A DNA stretch of 64,000 nt from Desulfobacterales bacterium (GTDB taxonomy: Bacteria; Desulfobacterota; Desulfobacteria; Desulfobacterales; UBA5852), in the NCBI GenBank assembly GCA_963674755.2, contig CAXXVS010000002.1, forward strand, positions 1,472,001 through 1,536,000. The letters run 5' to 3'. The position numbers and the translations under genes were made by a program. This document shows, piece after piece, positions 48,211 to 57,227 of this stretch; within the stretch, counting starts at the first letter, position 1, and every line of letters begins with the position of its first letter. The notes beneath the pieces are model-generated. The model was given only the letters and a program-made list of their open reading frames with translations, did not search any database and had not been told where the DNA came from.

Positions 48211-48268
48211 AATTTGGATTTTGGTTCCCTAGCAGGGCGCGGCTCTGCCGCATCCCGCATAGCGGGAC
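48211..48268 (+). repeat. Partial (left-end) copy of the palindromic intergenic element
   Basis: AATTTGGATTTTGGTTCCCTAGCAGGGCGCGGC resembles AAATTGGATTTTGGTTCGCCATCAAGGCGCGGC at 45334. Confidence 0.5.
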
Positions 48269-48380
48269 GTCCCATCTGATTGATTTTTTCAACGGTGGGT
48301 GCCCGCAGGTAATGATGTGCGATGATCAGGCTAGGTATGGAGCCGTGTCCGATTCAGAAAAGACCTTTTCGGGGCGGACA

Positions 48381-48716
48381 CTACTTGAAGCGCTTGACCG
48401 CTTTCTTCAGCCCCTCGCCAAACGCCTTCCAGGCCGTTTCCGTCCCCTGCCGGACATCTTCCCAGGCATCCTCGGCCCCGTCCTTGAATTCGTCCCAGGC
48501 GTTTTCACCAGCCACTTCCAGATCGATGATGCGCTCTTTCAGGCGCTGGCGCATCCGTCCCAGCTCTTCCCACTCCTTTTCCACCTTTTGGCGGGCCTCG
48601 GCCGAAAGGTGCTGGGTCTTGGTCTCCAGTTTGCCGCGTTCGACATTCCAGCGCTCGTTCAGGTCGTCGAACTGCCGTTTCATGTTTTTCAGGAACTCAT
48701 CTTTGGTCAGCGCCAT
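48381..48716 (-). CDS. Hypothetical charged coiled-coil protein
   Basis: GGAGG RBS; helical, E/K-rich, with repeated AW.E..G motifs (AWDEFKDGAEDAWEDVRQG). Confidence 0.75.
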   Translation of the reverse strand: MALTKDEFLKNMKRQFDDLNERWNVERGKLETKTQHLSAEARQKVEKEWEELGRMRQRLKERIIDLEVAGENAWDEFKDGAEDAWEDVRQGTETAWKAFGEGLKKAVKRFK

Positions 48717-48750
48717 ATGCTTGTCCTCCCTGGGGTTCACGATTGAAAAA

Positions 48751-48798
48751 AGTATAAGACACGGCCGCCCGTTGATCAAATCCAGGTTGATCAAATCC
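48751..48798 (-). promoter_or_regulatory. Sigma70-like promoter overlapping a 15-bp tandem duplication
   Basis: Minus strand TTGATC(48779-48774)-17 nt-TATACT(48756-48751); GTTGATCAAATCC occurs at 48771 and 48786. Confidence 0.5.
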
Positions 48799-48824
48799 GG
48801 GAGGTCACGCGCCGGCTCGCCCGT

Positions 48825-49316
48825 TCATGGCACCCGGGTCAAATAGGCATCCCGCGTCAGCCAGAGTTCTTCCATGCGGTACATATGCCAATGATCGTGC
48901 ATCAGAATGTGGCGGGTCAGGATATACGCGGTGTAAAGCCTGTATTCCGGGTGCTCGGCGGTCTGGGGCCAGGCGGCGGGCGCCAGCCCGGCCAGCAGAT
49001 CCACCTGCTGCGCACGATAGCGGCCAAACCGGGCCAGGGCGTCTTCCATGGGCATGACCTCCGGCGTGTCGGGTTCTTCTTCGCCCTCACCGGGGATGTA
49101 GGGCACGAAGACGGGATGGTCTTCGTCCCGGAAGCGCTGCAGCCGCTCCAGCAACATGGGCTGCACCTGGGCCAGGTGGCTGACGTGTTCGGCAATGGTC
49201 CAGACCCCCTCGCCCCGCCTCTGATCCCGCCGGCCGGCGGGGATGCTTTGGACAAAAGCGGTCAGGATATTGGGCGCGCGCCGGAGGCCATCCAGCAGGT
49301 CTGCGATGTCGTTCAT
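48825..49316 (-). CDS. DinB-family protein
   Basis: WTIAEHVSHL ... HILMHDHWH metal-binding His set. Confidence 0.85.
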   Translation of the reverse strand: MNDIADLLDGLRRAPNILTAFVQSIPAGRRDQRRGEGVWTIAEHVSHLAQVQPMLLERLQRFRDEDHPVFVPYIPGEGEEEPDTPEVMPMEDALARFGRYRAQQVDLLAGLAPAAWPQTAEHPEYRLYTAYILTRHILMHDHWHMYRMEELWLTRDAYLTRVP

Positions 49317-49533
49317 GGGGCATCTCCTTTTTCAGTGCCGGAAAGGCGGTCTTCTCCACAAAACCCGACCGCCGGCCGCCTACGCCGAATGACGCGGGCA
49401 AGGCCGATGTGAAAAGCGCAGCAGCCATCAGGGTTGTAACGCCGTTTCGCGAGGTCGGCAACGCCGCATTTCGGCTTTAGACACCGTTTATCCACGGTCT
49501 GTTGAGGCGCTGGCCGCAAGCCGCGTATGACGA

Positions 49534-50016
49534 TCAGGTTTCCGAGATGGGCACGGTTTCCGCGCCGGTTACCCGGAGGAGTTCCCGCGGGGTGAGGCGC
49601 ATCATGGCATCGATGGCGCCCCCGCCGCCGTATATCGTGTCCAGCGCCAGGACGGCCGGATCCACCAGGGTGCGCAGGGTCTGCCGATGGCCGAAAGGCG
49701 GCATACTGCCCACTACAAACCCTGTGATGGCCAGGGCCTGGTCCGCCGAAGCGAATTTGACTTTTTTGCGGCCCACCCCAAGATGGGATGCCAATTTCTT
49801 GCGGTCCACCCGGGAGAGCCCGTTGTTGATCACCAACAGGGGAATTTCGGCGTTCATGAACACCAGGGATTTGATGATCTGCCCGGCGGACACGTTCAAC
49901 TCCCGGGCGGCATCGCTGACCGTGGGCGTGTGGCCGTTCATGGGCAGAATGGTGGCCTCGATACGGTGGGCCTCGATGAACTGCTGCAAATCGGCGCTGG
50001 TGAAAGGCGCTGCCAT
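49534..50016 (-). CDS. YbaK/EbsC-family aminoacyl-tRNA deacylase
   Basis: TPTVSDAA, QIIKSLVF, TGFVVGSMPPFGH, YGGGG. Confidence 0.9.
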   Translation of the reverse strand: MAAPFTSADLQQFIEAHRIEATILPMNGHTPTVSDAARELNVSAGQIIKSLVFMNAEIPLLVINNGLSRVDRKKLASHLGVGRKKVKFASADQALAITGFVVGSMPPFGHRQTLRTLVDPAVLALDTIYGGGGAIDAMMRLTPRELLRVTGAETVPISET

Positions 50017-50178
50017 GGATCGCTCCTTTTTCGATGCGCAAGCCTATATCAAATCCATCGGTCTGTGGGTATGCTTTTCAGCGGGAAACGCCGGCTGAAG
50101 GCCCGTAAATGCGCGGTCTTCATGGGGGTATGGAAGCAGCCCTCCGGCTTCAGGGGGAGGGGCGCATTCAGGACCGCC

Positions 50179-51420
50179 TCATCCCAAGGCGCTGAGGCTG
50201 TCCACAAGCCGCGACACCTCGTCTTCGGTGTTGTAGTGCACCAGGCTGATGCGCACCACACCGGAGTTCTCCGGATCTTCGATTCCCAGTGCCTCCAGGC
50301 AGCGCAGGGCATAGAAGTGGCCGTGGCGCGCCGCAATGCGGTCCTGCGCCAGCCGGCGGGTGACCGCTTCGGAGGGCATCCCCTGCCTGACAAAGGAAAT
50401 GGTGGCCGCCCGCCGTCCGGTCTCCGCCACCGGGCGCCCGATAATCCGGATTTCCGGCATGCTGCGCAGGGCATCCAGCAAACGGTTGGCCAGGCGCGTC
50501 TCGTGCAGGGCAAAGAGCTCGAAGACCTGGCGGGCCTGGCCGTGGGCATCCGCCGCGACGTCCCCGAAATGATGATCGTACAACGTCCCCAGGTATTCCC
50601 GGATGCCTGCCAGGGCCGCGATTTCGGCATGCAGGGGCCCGGACGGGTTCATGCGGTAATGGGGTTTGTCATCGTTGAAGTAATGGCCCTGGGGGCGCAA
50701 CCGGGCCATGACCTCCGGCCGGATCCACATCACGCCGATATGGGTGCCGAACGTTTTATACGTGCTGAAAAGATAGACATCGAGCGCGCTTCGGCGGACA
50801 TCCAGCAGCCGGTGGGGCGCGAAGGAGACGCCGTCGCCCACCGTCAGCGCCCCCACCCGTCGCGCCAGGTCGCAGACCGCCGCCACATCGTTCATGGTGC
50901 CCACGATATTGGAGCAAAGGGTGAAGCACACCAGCCGGGTGCGGTCATTGACCAGAGCCTCCAGGTCGGCGATGGCCAGCTCGCCGCTGAGCGGGTCGAT
51001 GGACCACTCCCGGATGACGACCCCGAATTCTTCCAGACGGCGCCAGCAGCCGATATTGGCTTCGTGGTCCTGGTTGGTAACCACGATTTCATCACCGGGT
51101 TTCAGCAGGGGGCGCAAGGCCTGGGCCAGGACATAGCCGTTGAGGGTGGTGGAAGGCCCCAGGGTCAGGTCATCCACTTCGGCGTGCAAGAGGTCGGCCA
51201 CGGCCCGGTAGCCGGCCTCCATGGCCTCCCCCGCCGCCGCCGAGGACGGGAAGGGACCGTAGGGCTGGACCTTGGTATATTGGAAGAAGTGGGTCAGGCG
51301 GTCGATCACCTGCCGGGGCACGTATGATCCGCCGGCATTTTCGAAAAAAGCCCAGCGGGCCGTTTCGGGAGCCTGAAACACCGGAAACTGTCGGCGCACA
51401 AAATCAATTGCAAGAGGCAT
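50179..51420 (-). CDS. Aminotransferase class V / cysteine desulfurase-like PLP enzyme
   Basis: FFENAGGS, DHEANIG.W, DGVSFAPH, FSTYKTFG (PLP Lys), GHFYA, VRISLVHYN; AGGAG RBS before ATG 51420. No catalytic Cys at the usual G.HC position. Confidence 0.88.
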   Translation of the reverse strand: MPLAIDFVRRQFPVFQAPETARWAFFENAGGSYVPRQVIDRLTHFFQYTKVQPYGPFPSSAAAGEAMEAGYRAVADLLHAEVDDLTLGPSTTLNGYVLAQALRPLLKPGDEIVVTNQDHEANIGCWRRLEEFGVVIREWSIDPLSGELAIADLEALVNDRTRLVCFTLCSNIVGTMNDVAAVCDLARRVGALTVGDGVSFAPHRLLDVRRSALDVYLFSTYKTFGTHIGVMWIRPEVMARLRPQGHYFNDDKPHYRMNPSGPLHAEIAALAGIREYLGTLYDHHFGDVAADAHGQARQVFELFALHETRLANRLLDALRSMPEIRIIGRPVAETGRRAATISFVRQGMPSEAVTRRLAQDRIAARHGHFYALRCLEALGIEDPENSGVVRISLVHYNTEDEVSRLVDSLSALG

Positions 51421-51522
51421 GTGTTGCTCCTGAACTCTAAAACACGGGTGGACGTGAAAGACCCTGCAGAAGCGCGCTCGAAGAAAGGCTTTCTCAATAG
51501 ACATCCTTGCGCTTTTTGATGA

Positions 51523-51588
51523 TCAGGGCCAGAACGTCTCCCGCCGGGGAACCGCGACGTGGTAAAGCTCAATGAGATCGATCTTCAT
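51523..51588 (-). pseudogene. 21-codon remnant resembling the N-terminus of an enolase-superfamily (mandelate racemase/MLE) enzyme
   Basis: ATG 51588 gives MKIDLIELYHVAVPRRETFWP*, starting 28 nt after the methionine synthase stop. Confidence 0.5.
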
Positions 51589-51616
51589 GGAATCGTCTTC
51601 GCCTGTGGCGGATTCT

Positions 51617-52633
51617 TTATAGCGTGCGACGCACCAGGTCTGCCCCGGCGGCAATGCTCCTGATCTTGCCCAGGGCCGTTTCATAGGGAATGGGCGTCAT
51701 GCCGCAGTTGGAGCACGGCAGCAGCCGTTCCGGATCCACGTAGGCCATGGCGGTACGGATCACCGTGGCCACCTCTTCCGGGGTTTCCACCCGCTGCGGG
51801 GTCACCGCCACGACCCCCACCATCACCGCCTTGTCCCTGAGAAGGCCCATCAGGGAGGGCGGGACTTTGGATTCGGCGCACTCCAGAGACACCTGGTGGA
51901 TGCGACTGGCATTGAGGGCCGGAAAGATCTCCTCGTACTGCCGCCACTCGCGGCCCAGGGTATCCTTCCAGCGCAGGTTCTCGTCGATGCCGTAGCCGTA
52001 GCAGATATGCACGGCCGTGGTGCAGTCCAGCCCTTCCACGGCCCGCTCCAGGGCCGCGATGCCCCATTCCTTGACATCGGCCATGAAAACATTGAAGGCG
52101 GGCTCGTCGAACTGGATGACATCCACCCCGACCGCGGCCAGCTCCCGGGCCTCGGCATTCAGGATCTCGGCAAAGGCCATGGCCATGTCGGCCCGTCGTC
52201 CGTAGTGGGCGTCGGCAATGGTATCGCAGATGGTCATGGGGCCCGGCAGCGTAAACTTGAGTTGGCGGCGGGTCTTCCCCCGGAGGAAGCGCGCTTCCTC
52301 CCGATGCACCGCCGCCGGCCGGGACAACGGACCGGTCACGGTGGGCACCTCCACCGTGTAGCGGTTGTCGCGGATGCCCATCGCGGTTTTCCTGGTCCAG
52401 TCGATGCCCTGAACGTGCTCCAGGAAGCCATGCACGAAATGGGTCCGGAACATCTCCCCGTCCGTTACGATATCGAGACCGGCCGTCTCCTGGTGGACGA
52501 TCCATTCGGCCGCGGCGCGTTCCTTGCCCCGGATCAGCGCTTCGCCGGCAAGGCGCCAGGCCGGCCATAATTTCTGCGTCTCGGCCAGCCAGTCCGGTTT
52601 GGGAAGGCTGCCGACGGTGGTGGTCATCAACAT
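51617..52633 (-). CDS. Single-domain cobalamin-independent methionine synthase, MesD-like
   Basis: GSLPKP.WLAE..KLW..W, TDGE..R.HFV, LPGPMT, QFDEPAFNV, AVHICYGYG, EWRQYE, SLEC, PCSNCG (Zn ligands H/C/E/C); AAGGAGG RBS; about 338 aa. Confidence 0.88.
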   Translation of the reverse strand: MLMTTTVGSLPKPDWLAETQKLWPAWRLAGEALIRGKERAAAEWIVHQETAGLDIVTDGEMFRTHFVHGFLEHVQGIDWTRKTAMGIRDNRYTVEVPTVTGPLSRPAAVHREEARFLRGKTRRQLKFTLPGPMTICDTIADAHYGRRADMAMAFAEILNAEARELAAVGVDVIQFDEPAFNVFMADVKEWGIAALERAVEGLDCTTAVHICYGYGIDENLRWKDTLGREWRQYEEIFPALNASRIHQVSLECAESKVPPSLMGLLRDKAVMVGVVAVTPQRVETPEEVATVIRTAMAYVDPERLLPCSNCGMTPIPYETALGKIRSIAAGADLVRRTL

Positions 52634-52924
52634 GATGCGCCTCCTTGGTGTGATTTCGGAAACGTGACCGCATCGGGCCGCGGCCCGGCGGCCTGCGTCA
52701 GTCGCGTGCTCCGCCGTACGAAACGATCCAATCCTAAAAATAAGGTCGATCGGGTCGGTCTGACCAACGGTTTTTGTGCTCGGAGGCCGACAATCCAGTG
52801 GCTTTCTGCGTCCACCTTCGTCGGATCTGTCAGTGGAGAGGGATTTTCTTTTAAAATCCACTGTTATTGGTAGCAGGTCGGGCCGGTCTTTGCAATGCCG
52901 GGGTCGGGCATCGGGCCGGATCGT

Positions 52925-52953
52925 TTGACATCCCGGACGGGATTACATACATT
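52925..52953 (+). promoter_or_regulatory. Sigma70-type promoter
   Basis: TTGACA(52925-52930)-17 nt-TACATT(52948-52953), upstream of menA. Confidence 0.6.
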
Positions 52954-53014
52954 GCGGCTCCAAAAATCCATACTCGGCGCCTTGCACCCGGGCATGGACA
53001 CGGAAGGATCGCCC

Positions 53015-53905
53015 ATGGGCTTTTACCGCACCTGGTTTCTGGCCAGCCGTCCCTGGTCGTTTACCATGACCGCCATCTCGGTAAGCGTCGGCAGCGCGCT
53101 GGCTGCATTGGATGGCCCCTTCGATGGGCGGCTCGCGCTGTTGGCGCTATCGAGCGCCGTTCTGCTGCATGCCGCCACCAACCTGATCAACGACTACTAC
53201 GATGTGGTCAACGGCATCGACACGGTCCAGGCCGCCACGGCCCAGTATCGCCCCCATCCCCTCGTGGAGGGCCGGATACCGCTGGGGCAAGTCCGTTGGG
53301 TGGCCTATACCCTTTTTCTGGCAGCGACCGGCATCGGGGTCTATCTGACGGTGGTCTGCGGTTGGCTCGTTCTGGCCATCGGCCTGACCGGACTGCTGGC
53401 CGGGCTCACCTACACGGCGCCCCCCTTGAAATACAAGTATGTGGCCCTGGGCGAACTGTCGGTATTTTTGATGTGGGGTCCCCTGATGGTGGAAGGCGCC
53501 TACTTTGTGCAGCGCCAGACCTTCAGTTCGCAGGCCTTCTGGGTTTCGCTGCCTTTCGGTATCCTCGTGGCGCTGGTGCTCCTGGCCAACAACATCCGGG
53601 ACATCGACCATGACCGTCGCCGGGGGATTCGCACCCTGGCCATCCTTCTGGGCCACCGTCTGGGATTGAGGGCCTATCTGGCCCTGATGATGCTCGCCTA
53701 TGCCGGCGTCCTGGTCCTGGCCCTGTCGGGTGTCCTCTCCTGGTGGGTTCTGATTATTTTTGCCTCCCTGCCCCTGGCCCTCCGTCTGCTGCGCCAGATG
53801 ACCCGCTCGGTGCCGGCCAACGCCGACGCCCTGACCGCCAAGCTGGACACCGCCTTTGGTTTGCTGCTGGTGGCTTCCCTGATGATCGAGGGCTGGATGG
53901 GATGA
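53015..53905 (+). CDS. menA: 1,4-dihydroxy-2-naphthoate prenyltransferase (UbiA superfamily)
   Basis: ASRPWS, NLINDYYD...GID, YTAPPLKYKY.ALGE, LANNIRDIDHD...G.RTLA. Confidence 0.82.
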   Translation: MGFYRTWFLASRPWSFTMTAISVSVGSALAALDGPFDGRLALLALSSAVLLHAATNLINDYYDVVNGIDTVQAATAQYRPHPLVEGRIPLGQVRWVAYTLFLAATGIGVYLTVVCGWLVLAIGLTGLLAGLTYTAPPLKYKYVALGELSVFLMWGPLMVEGAYFVQRQTFSSQAFWVSLPFGILVALVLLANNIRDIDHDRRRGIRTLAILLGHRLGLRAYLALMMLAYAGVLVLALSGVLSWWVLIIFASLPLALRLLRQMTRSVPANADALTAKLDTAFGLLLVASLMIEGWMG

Positions 53906-54528
53906 GGCCGCGGCGTGTCGATCCGGTGGCATTGTGGGGCACCGTCGCTCTGGCGGCGATCCTCTGGTTTGTGACCTTCTTTCTCACCTGGTCCAATTTC
54001 TGGATCAAGATCGGCTGTTCGGCGTCCCTGCTGGCCCTGCTGGCCTTCAAACTGCAGCCCGACTATGGCGGACAGATGCGCTTCGGGTCCAAGGCCATTG
54101 TCCAGGGCCTTCTTTCGGCGGCGGCGCTGTACGGTATCTTCTGGCTGGGCAAGCTGGTCTCCACGGCCCTCTTCCCATTTGCCGCCCACCAGATCGGTGC
54201 GATCTACGGCAAGGGCGCCCACGTACCTTTGCCGGTGGTGTTTGCCCTGTTGCTGCTGGTGACCGGCCCCTGCGAGGAGATTTACTGGCGGGGGTTTCTG
54301 CAGCGGCAGCTGATGCTGCGCTACGGCAATTGGCGTGGCTGGGCCCTGGCCACCGCCATCTATGCCGGGGTCCATATCTGGTCGTTCAACGTCATGCTGA
54401 TCGGCGCCGCCGCCGTGGCCGGCGCCTTCTGGGGCCTGCTTTATTGGCGCTGGCAGCGCCTGGCGCCGGTAATCGTCTCCCATGCGGTCTGGAGCGCGGT
54501 GATTTTCGCCGTGGCGCCGGTGCCCTAA
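53902..54528 (+). CDS. CPBP (CAAX/Abi) intramembrane glutamic endopeptidase
   Basis: EEIYWRGFLQ, YAGVH, SHAVW; ATGA overlap with menA. Confidence 0.9.
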   Translation: MRPRRVDPVALWGTVALAAILWFVTFFLTWSNFWIKIGCSASLLALLAFKLQPDYGGQMRFGSKAIVQGLLSAAALYGIFWLGKLVSTALFPFAAHQIGAIYGKGAHVPLPVVFALLLLVTGPCEEIYWRGFLQRQLMLRYGNWRGWALATAIYAGVHIWSFNVMLIGAAAVAGAFWGLLYWRWQRLAPVIVSHAVWSAVIFAVAPVP

Positions 54529-54684
54529 GGCTGGTTTTTTCTTGGGAACAATCGAGACGGGGGCCAACCGGGTTCCTGTACGCCCGGCCGCTCCCGTCCC
54601 CTGCCGTCCGGGACCACATGGCCTTACAGCTTATGGATTGCCGGCAAGGCACTTGTGATCCCGAATGCACTTCTTTTCCATACG

Positions 54685-55173
54685 TTAAAGCTGGCGCTGT
54701 CTCCCGGTGTCATGGCGATCTCCCTGACGGGAGGCGCCGTTATCCGAGGCAACGGCCCCATCGGTGCGCCGGCGGTCGGATTGATCCCTCCCCCCGAAAC
54801 CTTGACGGGTCCTGTCAGAACTGAAATGGCCCGGACGATATTGGTTTGAAGAATTCTGCCGCCATCCCTGGCGATCGCTGCGGTGTTGTCCATAAGGGTG
54901 ACGGGGCCCCTGGAAATGAGGGCGGTGGCTGGGGGCACGATGTTGCAGGCGGTGGCGTGGTGCATACGCACGACCGTTGTGCCATCCCCGGTTGTGACGG
55001 GGCACGGCGCCACGCTTCCAGTGGTGGCCGTAAGGCTTGGGGGCGAAGTGCTTACCGGTTCCATAGCGATAACCGCGATGCGGACCACGCCAGTCAGCAG
55101 CGAAGGACACCGCCGTTGCGGCCAGGATGAACATTGCGGCCATGGCACCTGCCAATAGGGCTTGCTTTCTCAT
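54685..55173 (-). CDS. Hypothetical exported Arg/His/Gly-rich low-complexity protein
   Basis: GAGGAGG RBS; signal peptide MRKQALLAGAMAAMFILAATAVSFA; mature part rich in R/H/G/Q. Confidence 0.7.
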   Translation of the reverse strand: MRKQALLAGAMAAMFILAATAVSFAADWRGPHRGYRYGTGKHFAPKPYGHHWKRGAVPRHNRGWHNGRAYAPRHRLQHRAPSHRPHFQGPRHPYGQHRSDRQGWRQNSSNQYRPGHFSSDRTRQGFGGRDQSDRRRTDGAVASDNGASRQGDRHDTGRQRQL

Positions 55174-55366
55174 AATTTGCCTCCTCAATCGAATGGGGTT
55201 GAAGGCGGCCGGATAACGGAACCGCCTCAGGCGGGTTCCGTTGTCGAACGGGCAACCGTTTCCGGCCGTTTGAAAGGTCAGGACGTGCGGGGAAGCAAAA
55301 AAGTTGACGAGAAAGCCAACGGCGGTTTCCCAAAGATGGGGCGGAACCGCGGCGTGGAGCGGGTGC

Positions 55367-55942
55367 CTACCAGTTTTCAGCCAGCAGTTCGAAATACCCC
55401 CGGGGTTTGACGCAGGCCGGACATTTGTCCGGTGCCGCCGGGCCGGTATGCAGGTAGCCGCAGTTGCGACAGCGCCAGACGGTTTCTTTCTCACGGACGA
55501 AGACACGCTCCCCGGCCAGGTTGGCGGCCAGCTCCCGGTAGCGCTTTTCATGCTGCCGTTCCGAGACGCAGATGGCCTCCCAGGTATCGGCCGCCCGGGC
55601 AAAGCCTTCTTGGCGGGCGATCTTCGCAAAGCCCGGATAGAGCTCGCTGTGCTCGAAGCGTTCGCCGTCGGCCGCGGCCACCAGATTGTCATGGGTGGTG
55701 CCGATCACCCCCGCCGGGAAACGCCCCGCCATGTCCAATTCGCCGCCGTTGAAAAACTTGAAAAAGCGCAGGGCATGTTCGCATTCATGACCGGCCGTTT
55801 CCTCGAAAATCGAGGCGATCTGGTGGTAGCCTTCATCGGCCGCCCGGCGGGCGAAATAGGTATAGCGGTTGCGGGCCTGGGATTCGCCGGCAAAAGAAGC
55901 CAGCAGATTCCTGGCGGTCCGGCTTTCACGGAAAGGTGCCAT
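55367..55942 (-). CDS. rbr: Rubrerythrin
   Basis: NLLASFAGESQARNRYTYFA, ECEH, ERQH, WRCRNCGY...CPAC rubredoxin domain. Confidence 0.95.
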   Translation of the reverse strand: MAPFRESRTARNLLASFAGESQARNRYTYFARRAADEGYHQIASIFEETAGHECEHALRFFKFFNGGELDMAGRFPAGVIGTTHDNLVAAADGERFEHSELYPGFAKIARQEGFARAADTWEAICVSERQHEKRYRELAANLAGERVFVREKETVWRCRNCGYLHTGPAAPDKCPACVKPRGYFELLAENW

Positions 55943-56047
55943 GGTTTTTCTCCTTAGGGGGATGGGAAAAGCGGCGTGCTTGGGGCCCCCTAACCGTTGG
56001 GCCGCCCCAAGCATGTGGCCCTGAAATGGCGAAGTGAACGCTCCGGT

Positions 56048-56239
56048 CTAGTCTTCGATGATGATGGCATCCGCCCCGCACTCCTGGGCGGCCTGGCGCA
56101 CGACATCTTCGTATTTCTCCGGAATCACATCGAACTGCACCACGGACAGCAGCTGATCTTCATCATAGGCGAAAACTTCCGGGCACAGCTTGTTGCAATT
56201 GCGATCGCCCATACACTGCTCGGTAACGCGTGCCTTCAT
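56048..56239 (-). CDS. Single-cluster ferredoxin with CxxDxxC motif
   Basis: CMGDRNCNKLCPEVF ... AAQECGADAI; AGGAGG RBS. Confidence 0.9.
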   Translation of the reverse strand: MKARVTEQCMGDRNCNKLCPEVFAYDEDQLLSVVQFDVIPEKYEDVVRQAAQECGADAIIIED

Positions 56240-56343
56240 GACAACCTCCTTTTCCGGCCCTCAGGTCGGATTGCGTAGATCAGTTAAAATGCTTCGGTAC
56301 AATGCACCGGGGTCAATATTATTCAGGATCGGGCCATCCCTGC

Positions 56344-56838
56344 TCAGATCCGATAACAGGCCACGATATCGCCGAAATAAAGCGTATGGTAGTCTTTCTC
56401 CGGATAGAGGGACTTCAAATCCGACGCCAGATGGGACGGATCCATGGCGGACTTGTAGATGATGCGGCATTCGAAATGAATGCCGGGGGTATCGATCACC
56501 GGGGAGGCCACCTGTTGTCCGTCAAGCGTCTTGAGGCTGCAGGCGGCCAGTTTGTCGCCGTCGCGGCCGGATTTGGTGCCGCAGTACATGATGGCCTTCT
56601 TCATGTCGCCGTCGGGGACCGAGACCGTGTAATCCGCCGCCCTTTCAATAAGATCGAAGGTATGGCGGGAGTCACGCACCGCCACCATGAATACGGGTTT
56701 GCGCCAGCACAACCCGATGGCGGCCCAGCCGATGGTCATGGTGTTGAGGCGGTCGCCGGCGCGGACCGTGAGAAAAGCGCCGGCCTTGATTTTTTCGATG
56801 ATGTCATCTGCAATAGATAGGTAATCGACAGGTTCCAT
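56344..56838 (-). CDS. Flavin reductase-like (flavoredoxin-type) protein
   Basis: NTMTIGW, VAVRDSRHT, CGTKSGRDGDK, FECRII, YHTLYFGDI; start ATG 56838. Confidence 0.88.
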   Translation of the reverse strand: MEPVDYLSIADDIIEKIKAGAFLTVRAGDRLNTMTIGWAAIGLCWRKPVFMVAVRDSRHTFDLIERAADYTVSVPDGDMKKAIMYCGTKSGRDGDKLAACSLKTLDGQQVASPVIDTPGIHFECRIIYKSAMDPSHLASDLKSLYPEKDYHTLYFGDIVACYRI

Positions 56839-56867
56839 ACGTCTTCCTTTTTTTGTTTTTATAAGTT

Positions 56868-56986
56868 GTGTCCATTCAGCGGTGGTCAATTCGGGTTCCG
56901 GCCAAGGCGGCGACGATTTGTCCGGCGTAGCCCTGCGAGGTAAGCGCTGCGTGGCCCGGCTGAAATGAGGATTTCCATAGACAGCA
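56868..56986 (+). repeat. Degenerate copy of the palindromic intergenic element
   Basis: GTGTCCATTCAGCGGTGGTCAATTCGGGTTCCGGCCAAGGCGGC aligns by eye with GTGCCCATCCAGAGGTGGTAGATTTTGGTTCCGGGCAAGGCCGC; also contains GGCGTAGCC. Right end is approximate. Confidence 0.55.
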
Positions 56987-57227
56987 TTCTCTCCATACCA
57001 TATCCCGGCCCAAGATCAAGCAAACCCTGCGACATCGGATAGGCGTTATAGGGCCGTTTGGTGCAGATTGGTTGTCAAAAACGGGCTCCGGGTTGTTATT
57101 CCGGCAGGGATACCCATATTATCTGTTGCCGATCCATAAACGGCATCTTTGGACGGACACTTTTGGAAAGGTCATAAACCTCTATGAAAATTTCACAAAC
57201 GGCCCGCCGCCGGGAAAGGAGGTTGCC

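Noticed and set aside
49395..49485. GCAAGGCCG...GCAACGCCGC segment possibly related to the palindromic repeat family
   Set aside because: Too degenerate to align or delimit by eye.
52640..52870. Possible cobalamin or SAH riboswitch upstream of the methionine synthase (AAGCCACTGG; GGAGCACGCGAC..CAGG on the minus strand)
   Set aside because: Only isolated words match; the B12-box/GGGAA core and the SAH pseudoknot partner are absent. An Rfam scan would settle it.
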